From the NCBI GenBank assembly GCA_004431415.1, contig QPMI01000424.1, positions 15,654 through 79,653 of the forward strand: DNA of 64,000 nt, read 5' to 3'. Under the pieces are notes generated by a model. The model was not told where the DNA came from, ran no database searches, and saw only the letters and a program-made list of their open reading frames with translations. Below are positions 52,468 through 64,000 of this stretch, piece by piece. A program made the translations under genes and the position numbers. The stretch comes from Cyanophora paradoxa CCMP329 (Eukaryota > Plantae > Glaucophyta). Each line of letters starts with the position of its first letter. Within the stretch, counting starts at the first letter, position 1.

Positions 52468-52638
52468 ATGCCGCGCGCAGCCAACAGAATCGCTAACAAT
52501 GTTCGGGAGGAGATTATCGGATACATTATGCAGGGATTGAGTCAGGATTTGCTAACCGAAGAACAGGCGCATTGGGCGATGAACAGCACGATGAACAGGA
52601 AGCCCAAGCTCAAACGCTGATCGACATTCGGGATACTC
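52468..52638 (+). pseudogene. 5' fragment of Element 2 pPolB
   Basis: MPRAANRIANNVREEIIGYIMQGLSQ...; homology to Element 1 breaks after GGGATACTC. Confidence 0.9.
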
Positions 52639-52919
52639 ACACATAGTAAAATGCGGAGTTTAACCCTCGGCTTATCTAATTGATTTTGTTGATATATCTC
52701 GTATATTCTATTTCAATCAATCGATAATCTGTGTGTATCTTATCGAATATTCAATTATTTCGATTATTTTGTATCTTTTCGATATTTTATCGTAAATTTC
52801 TCTTATTTTCCGATTAGTCTTACTTAGTCTATCGATAATCTGTATATATTTCGAATAATATAACTGAATCTCAATTATATCTTGCCTCTGGTTAAAACTC
52901 CGCATTTTACTATGTGTGA
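52637..52919. repeat. 283-bp unit bounded by about 29-bp inverted repeats (MITE-like, or the Element 3 terminus)
   Basis: TCACACATAGTAAAATGCGGAGTTTAACC at 52637-52665 and its reverse complement (one extra A) at 52890-52919. Confidence 0.85.
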
Positions 52920-53170
52920 ATGGTCATTTGTTTAATTGATTTAATCGATATTATATTCATGTACTTTCTCGATTAAATTTAATTAAATTTAATTCATTTA
53001 ATCGGAAACATATCGCTAAACTCGATTAAGATCCATAAAAGATTCATTTGTTAAATAAAACAAATAGATCTCTTATTGAATCCAATCGATATAATACATA
53101 AAATTTATATGTTTTTATCATGTTTTTATGAGTCTAAGGGGGGTCCCTTAGGAATTTGATGAATAATTGG

Positions 53171-53463
53171 GTGTCACAGGTGTCACAGGTCCATCCCAAA
53201 CTTTTGAAAATTCACTCTTTATAGGAGAAACTTTGGATAGACCTGTGACACCTGTGACACATACCATATTCAGTAAGGACCTCTTTATAATGAAAAACGC
53301 AGTAATTATCTTATCTATGTATTCTAATTAAATGAATAAATGATTTAATCGAGTGTCACAGGTGTCACAGGTCCATCCCAAACTTTTGGAAATTTACTCT
53401 TTATAGGAGAAACTTTGGATAGACTGTGACACCTGTGACACAAACCAATTCAGTAAGGACCTC
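53171..53463. repeat. Two copies of a ~113-bp palindromic unit (GTGTCACAGGTGTCACAGGT...ACCTGTGACACCTGTGACAC...CAGTAAGGAC)
   Basis: Copies at 53171-53283 and 53353-53463, each with inverted arms. Confidence 0.9.
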
Positions 53464-53833
53464 ATATATTGTTAAAATCTCAGTGTTAGTTGGTGTAGTT
53501 GATTCAAAAATGCATTATACTCTGATTCATTGTTATTTCCTGTGAAATTTGAGTCAACTCAACCCACTTAGTCAACCCTCCCATTGAATTCGTAACAAAT
53601 CCATATACTTTACTACTTTACGATTAATATGAGTCAACCTTGAGTCCACTTAAATTATAATTGGGGAATGAAGGGAGATGCTGAGTTTTATTGTAAGGAA
53701 ATCGATAGTATTCGAAATTGTAACATATTCTATTGTAGGAAAGGGATATATTATATCCTTTTGTTATAATAGCTGATCAATGTTATTGTAATAAAAAAAG
53801 GTAAATCACCCTGATCATCATTATAGAAACCCA

Positions 53834-54229
53834 TCAAAACGGAAATCTATCATGTTTATGCCTCTCAGTCTTCTCAAATGTTAAGAAATTCATTGTTTTA
53901 TCGATCTTATCTGCTACTGCTTGTGTTTTATGCTGAGCGTCTTTACCACAACTGAATATATCAATTGCTAACATGCCTTCATTGGAATAACAATGAGCTG
54001 TACAATGGCTTCATCTAATAGCAGAACCAATGCAAAACCAGGAGGTGATACTTGCCATCAATATCTCACAATGTTTGTGAACAATCCTAATGCCTTGCCT
54101 TAATACTGCTTGTTCAAGGGTTCTCATAATCCAATTACCAAGGAAGCTTACATGCTCATGTCCTGTTGCAATAGCTGTTTTAGCCTTGTAATCAAGCATA
54201 ACATGAAAGCCCCTGTATTGAGTCTCCAT
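53834..54229 (-). CDS. speD: AdoMet decarboxylase (Element 3; frameshifted)
   Basis: METQYRGFHVMLDY...LLDE(S)HCTAHCYSNEGMLAIDIFSCG...RFPF, read across frameshifts. Confidence 0.8.
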
Positions 54230-54339
54230 TAAGAATACCTTAGAAAAATTATTAAACCTAATCGAACCTAATGCAAACATCTCTATATTCCACTGTGATT
54301 GATGAAGTAGCCCTTTTCCTATAAGCTTGAGAATGCTTT

Positions 54340-54490
54340 TTGTTGCATTCCTGCAACCTGATCCTTCACATGATAAAGGGATAGGTAGGATCACCTTATT
54401 ACACTGCAAACATCTAACAGATACTTTCTCTTGAGCTTTGATGTAATGTGTCTCACTGTAATCGAATTTATCTTTACCATGAACTGTCAT
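54340..54490 (-). pseudogene. Zinc-ribbon repeat fragment of the same type as in the Element 2 endonuclease
   Basis: VHGKDKFDYSETHYIKAQEKVSVRCLQC. Confidence 0.55.
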
Positions 54491-54516
54491 AGCAGCATCA
54501 ATAAACTTTTTGTTTT

Positions 54517-56215
54517 ACTATCCATACTCTATATATAACCAATATTCTTATGGAGCAGTATCCTGCCCAAAAATGGGAAATATCGATTAGTGCCATAGTA
54601 CTCAGCATAGGTATTCTGCTTGCAATAAAATCAGTTCTCTCAGCATATAATACACACTTGTAGATACCAAACTTGGTGGCTCTAACAGGAACTGATAATC
54701 TTCCAAACCAAAATTGACTCCATGATAAGCAATTCGAAATTATCATATGGGGTGATCACAACTGCAAAATTAGGAGTTCCACCCCCACTTGACATACAGC
54801 ATATACATCTGGTGGAATATCCACAACAACCTTGTAGTGGTCACCAATCTCACAAGAGAGTCTACAACTGCTGTCTGTTCATTTACCACAATGGGAATAT
54901 TTTGATTATATAGGGGCATTCATGCTGGGACATAGGTTCGAATTCTGGTGTTAGGATCAATGGATTGGGTGATCATTCACAAATAAAGGCGCTCCAACAG
55001 CCCCACCAACCCGAAGACCATCACCAATATAAGCTCCCCCCGATTTGCAGTTAATAGCTCCCGACCTAGATTCAAAAGAATAAGTAGACAGAGGATCTCC
55101 ATAGCTATCTGGGTCTCCATAATGAGCAGAAAGTTCGCATTTGTCACAAGGAGTTTCGTTGTCTTAACTATACCATTATTTTTATCACATCTGAGTTCCT
55201 GCAATCTCAGTTTATGGGGGAACCAAAGTGTTCATTGTAGGTTGGACCTCTGTTGATTGGAGACCTCTACTCATCAAAGGTAGCATGCTGTAAAACATGG
55301 TTGCTGGGGCAGCTAATGATATTGAGGTGTAATAATTCGTTCAGTGGGGTTGCTCAGCCATTTTACATTAAAGGGATATATCTTTTATGGGTTGGTCATC
55401 AATTACATCTGGCTCTTGGTAAAACCCTGTTTGAGAAAGAGTATCAGGAGTAACACCTCTTAGAGCTGAGACAGCAGCTATATCTGTTCTGATACCATAA
55501 CTGTAATTGTATATTTTCCAATATCTGTAACAAACAGATCATAGGTGAAATTGTTATTATAAAACACAGAACCCTGTGCCAAAATGATCATATCCTTGAA
55601 CACTGAAATTGTATCTGTGACCTGGCTGGTTATTGTTGCTCTACATAAAGAAAGCATTGCAGAAGGAATGACCAGCCCTCTCATTACTCTTTGGTTCCTT
55701 CAATCAATCAGAGTTTTCAAGTGTGACAGTATAACCTGGTAAAATTGAATAATGGCTGTTGTGCAACTGGTATATAATCGAATTCGTTGTGGGTTCTCTA
55801 CATTTGTTCAAGAGTATCTGGGACATCATTATACGAAATTGAGGATGAAAGCTGACCTGAACTCTGCAGCCACCACCAATAAAAGCTCCTCCTGATCTCA
55901 CAGTTACAGCAGCAGTGTTTATCATAATCAAGGCTTTCAGATCAACACTGTAAGCATCAGGACCTCCATTAGTAGGCCGGAAAAGTTAAGCATTTGTGAC
56001 AAGAAGTCGAGTTGTTTTCACCACACCTGAGTTTCTTATCAGCTCTCAGCTCTTTAACTCGAATAATCGAATTTTTATCAAAGGAGTTGCCATTGGAATT
56101 GGGTCTCTCTGTGGATTCCAATCACGAACCTCATCATTTACTTCATGCTGGCGAAAATGCATTGCAGGGGATCCAAGGAATATATAGGCAGTTGAACTCG
56201 ATTATATTCACCCAT
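54517..56215 (-). pseudogene. Two additional fibre-paralogue genes (frameshifted; boundaries approximate)
   Basis: Fragments QELRCDKNNGIVKTT and AAVTVRSGGAFIG match the shared fibre N-terminus. Confidence 0.6.
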
Positions 56216-56256
56216 TGCTTCTTTTACTAAGAAGGAAAGAAAAATAATGTACAATA

Positions 56257-56517
56257 CTATTCTTGACATTGTTATACTCAATTGCTTTCTTCACAGTTCC
56301 CCTTTGGAATGCCTGTAATACAATCGCTTCCTTTGAGGTTGGTATTTGAACTCCACCTGAGATGCAAGAATGGATTTCTTTCTGAACAATCTCATCAATT
56401 GCAATTCTTGCTCTGTTATGGGCAGCATTATCGATCCAATCCTGAACAGAAGCAGCACAAAAATTCCATTCCCAACTTCTCAATATCAGATAGAACCACT
56501 TGGTAAATATTCGACAT
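56257..56517 (-). CDS. Small fibre-associated protein (frameshifted)
   Basis: Almost identical to 26052-26315. Confidence 0.75.
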
Positions 56518-56544
56518 TTCCTAAACTACCATAAGAAAATTAAA

Positions 56545-57556
56545 CGATGCTTATTAATTCACCTGAGAAGGCTGTTTACTTGCATATGAACCGACTGAAT
56601 TTGTAACAAGTGTAACAAATTCGTTTTGGGCAAGATTGAGAATGCAAGAGAAACACAGCGCTTTATTTGTTGTTGACAGATTGTGAACTTGGGAAATGCT
56701 CAATCCCCCTGGATCTGCATTGTTTACCCTGAGAAACAATTCAATAGCAGAAGTTGTGGTTGAAGAAGTGAAATACTGAAAAACGATAGTGTCCTGCAAC
56801 AGGTGCTGTGAACCTTCCAGTTGATGTGCTGAATGAATTGGTATTGTTTACTCGAACTGTTGCCCAGTTTATTAGATCAGCAGAAGTTGTAGCAGTGTGA
56901 TTGTAGCAAGTTGAACTGAAAATCGTGGATGTGATGTTTTGAGATAACACCCTGTATTAACTGTCAAACTATTCGCTTCCAGAGTAGCGACAGTGTTACT
57001 ATTTCGTTTGAGAAGAAGGTCTACATTGGCTCCTGTATCGATTTCTGGTGTGACAACCTTGTTTGTTGCTGTGATTATGGATTGTGAGGCAATTGTAGTG
57101 AAATACCAGCATTTGCTGTTACCAATCCTGTAAAGGTGCTTGTTCCTGTAATACTTACCTGATTTGCTGTAGAGTTCCATCAAACTCTCGCCCCATCTCC
57201 AATGTAAGCTCCTCCACTTCTCACAACAAGAGCAGAGTTATTGATTGTGTTGTTAACTGTTACTATTTTGGGTGTGGTGAACCCTCCTACATCATCATAT
57301 ATTGATGAATCGGAAACAATTTGACCTGATTGAACTTGGTTCTTGTTTGAAACTATTAAACCTGTGGTTCTCACCTTGCCCCCATTGCGATCACATCGAA
57401 TTTCTTTGCATCTGATCACAGAGTTTGAGAAAATGAATCGGCTCCTGTTGTTTCAGTGCACATAAACCCAGGGGTTGCATCTGTTACTGTGTGATTGAGT
57501 TGATGTAATTTTGGGGCAGCATAACAGAAAACAGGAACAGCTATTTGTGTAGACAT
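56545..57556 (-). CDS. C1q fibre B homologue (frameshifted; 3' end approximate)
   Basis: MSTQIAVPVFCYAAPK...FTAPVAGHYRFS. Confidence 0.75.
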
Positions 57557-57577
57557 TCTTTATATTATGTGACAATA

Positions 57578-58641
57578 TTATGAATGGACAAGCATACATC
57601 CAAAGAACCATCTGATATTATAATATATAGAACCTCCACCACTGCTATATATGATATTCTGATGGAATCATTGGCTTGAAGGTCTACAATAATTTCGAAA
57701 CCATTGTTGCATATGCAGATGCATAATTAGTATGCACTTCAATTCCAGATGAGCTTCCGTTTTTCTGTAAAAATGTAACAATATTAGTTGTTCTTCAGTC
57801 CAATAACAGGATCCACTAAATGTGACAAGATAGTTTCCTGTAACAGGGGCAGTAAAAAGCCCTGTCGCAGGATCGAAATGATTTCCTTGGTTCACTATGA
57901 CCTCTGTTGTTGGATATATATTTATTGAGGAAAAGTGTTGCAGTTATTGACCCATTTGTTGCTGTTTTGTTGCAAAGAAACGAGGATGGCTACTTAATTT
58001 GAGATATTTGCTTGTCGGAGTGTGAGATGTTGAACAGTTGTGGTATCTGTCTGAATAGTTTTTTGAAGAGAAAGAATGGTATCCCCATTCCTCTTGTAAT
58101 TCATGACTGTGTCACTCATGTTGTCAATCTCAGGTGTATTTATTCTTGTTGTAAGTGTGAGAGTTCCATACTGAATACTCCTGAAAGCCACCATTAAAGG
58201 TCATCAATCCTGCAAATGACTTGTTCCCACTCACAGTCAATTGATTTGCTGTCAGAGTTCCTGCTACATTTGCTCCATCACCAATGTAGGCTCCTCCACT
58301 CTTGACTACAAGAGCGGAATTATTGCTTGTGTTCCCAAAAGTCACTATCTGTGCTGTGTGACTCCACCCACATTATCATATATTGCTGAATCGGGGACTA
58401 CTTGACCTGCTTGAACCTGATTTTTATTCGAGATTATAATGCCTGTGGTTCTAATCTTGCCTCCATTTTCGATCACATCGAATTTCTTTGACCCTCAGTA
58501 ATACTGTTCTCTGTGAAAGAGGTATTACTTGTAGTTTCAGTGCAAATAAAACCGGGTGTAGAGTCGACTACTTCATGAGAGGTGCTGTGGAGTGATTTGG
58601 CTGCAAGTTCAGAGTTTGGGATTTTCTAATAGAGAGGTCAT
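57578..58641 (-). CDS. C1q fibre A homologue with a different head (frameshifted)
   Basis: N-terminus matches 23915-24988. Head reads NQGNHFDPATGLFTAPVTGNY. Confidence 0.75.
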
Positions 58642-58666
58642 CTTTGTAATAGTGTGAGAATCTTAA

Positions 58667-61600
58667 TTATGCTGTTGCTATCCAATGGATATACACTGTG
58701 AAGCTTGTAGGGTAAAGTGTATTCCAACCCACAACCCAGACTTGTACATTGACTGTTGTTGATGTTGTTGAGTTGTTGGTAATTGCAATTTTATATCCGA
58801 GATCAGTGCAATCTGCAAGCAATCCTTGCATATTTGTAACAACAGAGGGTGTAGATGAAAAATGCTGGACTCCAATTGAGGGTGAAAGTAAAATTTGGTC
58901 TTGCAGTTGCTGAATTGTTCATCTGTTGAGGATTGGTTATGGTAATGGATTGTATACCCTTTCTAATCAGGTTATCAAGCATGTATTGGGGTGCCAACTT
59001 AGTCACCTTGGAGTTATCTCGAGGATCCATTACCCACATTTCTCTTGCATATGCATTTCCACGAACAAGTAGGGTTTTATCCTGATAGTAAGATATAGAG
59101 TTAGTAGAAAGGGTTGAATTGTGGAAATTCCAAATAACAGGAGGATCAGGCATAATATATGGGTCATAATCGAGAAAGTAACCTGATCCAATGAGAAGGT
59201 TTGCATTTGCAGTGATATTATTTGCTGTAAAGGGATCAAGGGTGGGTTTATTGGTCAGATCATTGTAGTTGCCCGAGAAAATCGCTGGTTTGTTATAAAT
59301 ATCTGTATTCCAATCATGAGTATGTGCAAAATCTGTAATCTCTGCCTTAGTGTGGGTGTGACCTACATATGCAACATTTCCAAGATCTGTAATCTCTGCC
59401 TTGGTATGGGTGTGACCAACATATGCAACATTTCCAGATCTAAATCTCTGATTTAACATGAGTGTGAGCGAAATTCGTAATATCTGCTCTTGTGTGGATA
59501 GTGTGCAAAATCTGTAATTTGGGATTGGTGTGGGTGTGTGCGAAATCTGTGATTTCTGCCTTTGTGTGGGTGTGTGATCTATTATTAAGATCAAGGAAGC
59601 TTCCCGAAAATGCAACAGGATGCAGATTTGCAGAGTAGGTTTATTATGAGATCATTATAATCTCCTGTAAATGAAATGGTTTTCAGTTCACCCCTTCCTA
59701 CATAATCAGAAGGTAGATCAATCTTGATGGGCATGATAGCTGGATCATCTGGATCTCATACTCACCTCCTGGATGAACCACAGGAAGGTTTGATTGCTTT
59801 CAGTGTGGACAAAGAAATTGCATGCTGTTACTGTTCCATCAATAGTCCCACCTGTGAGAGGGAGGTAATTGCCTGTGACACCAATACCTATACCTGCAAT
59901 GATTGTATTAAGTTCTGTTTCATCATGTAATTTTGGGCTTGAAGGTAATCCTCTGTGACCACTCTGGATATGGTCTCATTGTGAATATTTTTGCAGCCAT
60001 CCTCTGATTGGCTTCCAGAACCCCACCATAATCTGTTTTAATCCATGCAAGCTCTGCCCTTCCATAGTTATCATTTGCAGTTCCCACTATGGGAATGTAG
60101 GAATACTTATCTCGACTGAAAACTATCATTGGTCTTGAGCCATCTAAGCTGCTTACATCTGCTACATGAACCTGTATAGCAGAGTTGTAATTTTGGTAGG
60201 TTGCTGGGTCTGTTGGGACTCTGAATGTATCTGTGGGAATGTCAGCCTCCATGTAGCTTGACACAAAGATATTTGGTATGGTTGCTCCTGGTGGTGGTGG
60301 GGTTTCAAAAGAGCCTGGTAATGTCCTAATATGAAGTGGTCCTCTCATAGCTGAATTTGCAAGTGTCCCATTCACATGTACATAGTGTTCATTCAAAAAG
60401 ATTCTTTCTGGGACATTACAAGTCTGATAAAGAGAAACCCCCAAGTTATCAAGAGGCTCTACCTTTGCGAATTCTGGTTGGTCATTGATCTCATCCCAAG
60501 TATGTTCATGTTTGCTTGGTGGGAACTCAGTTGGAATCCCATCAATTTCACCCCAATCATGCCTGTGATCCTCTGGTGGATACTTTTGAGGTTTGCCTAA
60601 GATCTCATCCCAATCATGATTGTGATCCTCTGGGGGATACTTTGCAGGTTTATTATTAATTTGTTCATAATCAGGAAAGAACTCCCAGATCTCAGGTCGA
60701 AATCCATCTGGTAACAATTCCTCATGGGGTTCATAAGGTTGCTCATAGTCAACAGCTGGTGGATCATGCCCATCTGGCAAATACTCCTCATCAGGTTCAT
60801 AGTTCTGCTCATACTCAAACTCTTGTGGATCTAAGCCATCTGGTAATATTCCTCCTCATTGGGGTCAAATTGATCATACTCATACTCTTGTGGGTCAAAA
60901 CCATCTGGTAAATACTCTTCCTCATCTGGAACGAATTGATATTCATCAAGCTCTAATATATCGACTTCAGGAGGTAAATACTGCTCATCTATTTGCTTTC
61001 TGGGTTCAATTATAGGTTTATTGCGAACTTGCTCCCAACTACAATATGCTGCCCAAAGGCTACATCTTCAGTTGCTGTGTATTCTCTTCCAGGCTGCTTC
61101 TTTGGTGTTAAATCGGGTGGTCCATTGGAAATGGAATAGGGAATGGGACTGTTGGTCCATTGGGACCATAATGCTCGAATTATTTCCTTAGAGTTTTCTC
61201 ACTCACAAGTTTCTCCCATTTGCATACACATTGCTGCCATGGATATTTCGCCATTGCCTGGTTCGAATTCCAAGGTCTTTCACATTGCTATACAAAGGCA
61301 AAGGTGCCTATCCATTTCGACTAAATCAGGGTGTAAATGGATTGCTACTGGTTGACTGGGGCTACTGTTGATTGTAATTGATGGCTTTTTTTGATGGACA
61401 TCTTTTGGAGTAAAAAACCCAAAAGGCTCATTCCTCGCAAAGTCATATGTAATATCCTTGGGGTATACATCATTTGTGTAGGAGACCTGATTTGTGTTGG
61501 CAATGGGACCCACTTGCAATACTTGGGGGACCTCAGCTTTTGCAGTGCTGCCCTCATTGTAAATTCGCAAAGCTGTGTTCTGTTTGCCCTGCTCATCTTG

Positions 61601-61938
61601 AACATTGAAAACAAACGACCACTATCAAACCTGGAAGGTATATCTGGTGGTGCCACTGGTTTTTAGTTTCCTAGGTCTCCTTCTTGTGCTTTGATCTCTG
61701 CCACTTGGTTTGCTTTCACATTACCCAAACTAAAAGCAACACTGACCTCCTCTTTATCTGGATCGGTTTGATTCACAGATAAAGCATGCTCCCTTGATTG
61801 AGTCTTTGATGAATTATCAGAGCTGTGGTCAATTGAAACTGAACCCTTTACTTTAATATTATCAAAGTTCACATGCTTGGTGCTGCTTGCATTATCATCT
61901 TGAATGGTTTCTAGATTTGGTGGGTAATTGAAGCTCAT
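58667..61938 (-). CDS. Large fibre gene or genes of Element 3 (frameshifted)
   Basis: MSFNYPP start, acidic and PPEDH.HDW.EI repeats, then an HTHTKAEITD region matching Element 1 22801-23370. Confidence 0.6.
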
Positions 61939-61981
61939 GGCTTTTACTATATGGATTTATAAAATTCCTGATAAGTAAAAG

Positions 61982-63533
61982 ATGCCTCTCAAGGTCGTTT
62001 TAAGTCTTTCTGGCGGGGGTGCAAGGGGCATTATCATAACCAGGCTGCTCAAAGAAATCGAAAATCGAACTGGCAGGAGAATAATCGATCTTGTGGATCT
62101 TGTGAGTGGAACTTCCACTGGTGGGATCATTGCAATAGGTTTGAATATAAGGCATCCTGATAAACCAGGTGAACCTAAACTGACAGCAAACGATTTACAC
62201 AATATTTACCTAACTCAACTGCCCTTGATTTTCGCAAATCCTCGAAATATAATCGAAAATGCCCTTTTTAATACAAAGTATGATGTGGGACCCTTGGAGA
62301 CTGCAATCAATTCAGTTACTGGTGAATCACTAATACAGGATTCCCTAAAGGACATTGTGATTACATCCTTTGATACTCAGAATATGAAACCAATATTTAT
62401 CACAAATGACAACAATTACAACTTTATGCCTTGTAAGATTGCTGCTAGGGCTACTTCTGCTGCTCCTACATATTTCTCTCCTGTAAGCATTGTTGATTTC
62501 AATCGGGGAGTATATGTCTGTCTCATTGATGGTGCCATTTCGGGAAACAATAATCCCAGTGTGTGTGGTTACAGCCATGCAAAGAAGATTTACAGTGATG
62601 ATGATGATATTATAGTAATAAGTATCTCTTGTGGAGAGGTGACCCACATTTAGAGTCTGATTATGTGGGTTATGCTTATGAGACTGTAACAGCTGGGGCA
62701 TTCTCTCATGGATTGCCTCAACAGATGGAAGCCCATTGATTAACATGCTCATGGCTGCAAGTGAGCTTTCTGCCCTTGATAAGATGGAGGAGTTGTTACC
62801 CTACAACTATGATCAGGATTATGGAGATACTATAGGCTATCAGTCCCTCTTCCAAACATATAGTTAGCTCCCTTGATGACACTTCTAAAATCCCAGATAT
62901 GCTTTCTTTCACAGAAACCTACATTGCAGCAAACAATGATATGATCAATAAGCTTTGCAGCCTACTAGTAGCAAACTATGAACTAAAGAACCCTTCAAAG
63001 GCTTACATTCATCCACTCTCACTACATCACCACCTTTGGATGCTAATTGGTATCAGCTTGCAGATGATGCCTTCACTGCCTCATCCTCTGTGACTGGTAA
63101 AGAGCCTTTCATGGCTAGACCTTCAGCATTTGGCTGGGAAGCTGGAGCCTATGCTCCTGAGCAGATATGGGAAACCCCCACTGAATACCTTCAAGTTGCT
63201 TTCCCATATACTTTTGAACTCTCTTCTGTGATTGCCTATGGATCAGGGGACACCAATGCTTTTATTAAGATTTTCAATGTGGCAACATCCACTGATGGGA
63301 TCAACTGGTCTTTTATTCGATCAGATGGGCAGAACAAAATATATGTCTGTGAGAACATTAACAATGCTCACAACTCAGGTGATATGGCTCTATTGAGTGG
63401 GTTCCCTCTCAGCATCAAGGATGCTTTTTACATAGGTTTTTCTCTCAGAATTAAATATATTCGCATTTATCCCCTTGTGTATGTGAATGCTCCCACAATG
63501 AGAGTTGATTTCACAGGTGCCTTTATTCGATAA
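61982..63533 (+). CDS. Patatin-discoidin lipase (Element 3; frameshifted)
   Basis: LSGGGARG, GTSTGG, ATSAAPTYF and IDG. Discoidin part EYLQVAF..YIRIYP..MRVDFTG. Confidence 0.8.
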
Positions 63534-64000
63534 ACTCCAACTGAAAAGAATTATCGATTCCATTCATATCAATCAGTTCACCAAAGTAATCTTTAAATTC
63601 AACTGTGAGTTCCCTTATCACCAGGTTTCTGTCATTGATTTGAATAAATTCTGCATGCTCACCACTATGGTAAACATAGCCCCCTATATCCTTACTCAAT
63701 TGCAATCTAAGGATAGCTCCCTGATTTGTGGTTGCGATTTTGGAATTATATTGTGTCTGCTGGCAAAGGGGGACAGCTCTTTAATATGCATGTACAGATA
63801 CTGCTCAGCATTCATATCAGACATCTTCCTGCTGTCAAAATAATATTGCAAGGGCTTAGAGGAGAGTCTGGGTCCTGAGAAGGTGATTCCCCATGCTGGG
63901 TGATCAGGTGTAATAGGTTTGCCATCATACTTTAAAGGTTCTCAGGTCGATAGGGAGATCCACCAACAGGAGGAGTGCTATAATACCCATTGGTGTATTC
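63523..64000 (-). CDS. Penton 2 homologue, 3' part
   Basis: ELTVEFKDYFGELIDMNGIDNSFQLEFIE, in the same position as in Elements 1 and 2. Confidence 0.6.

Larger units (their letters stand above)
36175..52638. mobile_element. Element 2: sister PLV of Element 1, inverted, interrupted within pPolB
   Basis: Terminus matches the Element 1 terminus at 29 of 34 nt. Same gene order in reverse, with near-identical core proteins. Confidence 0.92.
52639..64000. mobile_element. Element 3: more distant PLV, apparently nested in Element 2 (partial)
   Basis: AT-rich. Carries AdoMetDC, fibre genes, patatin-discoidin and penton homologues in the same local order as Elements 1 and 2. Left boundary uncertain (52639 or about 52925). 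Confidence 0.8.

Noticed and set aside
36175-52638. Element 2 as an assembly duplicate of Element 1
   Set aside because: It has scattered synonymous differences, a different TIR and fibre module, and an extra gene.

Overview
A GC-rich eukaryotic (probably algal or protist) host locus carrying three endogenous Polinton-like DNA viruses (PLV/Maverick-type, double-jelly-roll capsid). Element 1 (1633-27291, 25,659 bp) looks complete, with 935-bp terminal inverted repeats and a perfect 6-bp target-site duplication (CTTCTG). It encodes a Dam-type methyltransferase, an S-adenosylmethionine decarboxylase (AdoMetDC), an rve integrase, a pPolB-SF1 helicase-HNH fusion, an A32 packaging ATPase, a major capsid protein, two pentons, a patatin-discoidin lipase and a phage-like fibre/C1q module. 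Element 2 (from 36175, opposite orientation) is a close sister that sits in an exon of an intron-containing host gene. It has a different fibre module and an extra zinc-ribbon endonuclease, and it is cut within its pPolB at about 52638 by AT-rich DNA that runs into Element 3. Element 3 is a more distant PLV that also carries AdoMetDC and shares Element 1's fibre genes almost base for base, which points to receptor-module swapping between co-resident viruses. Frameshifts increase after about 47 kb; those checked against Element 1 are mostly homopolymer contractions, so many may be long-read errors. Protein family calls come from motif recognition only; no searches were run.
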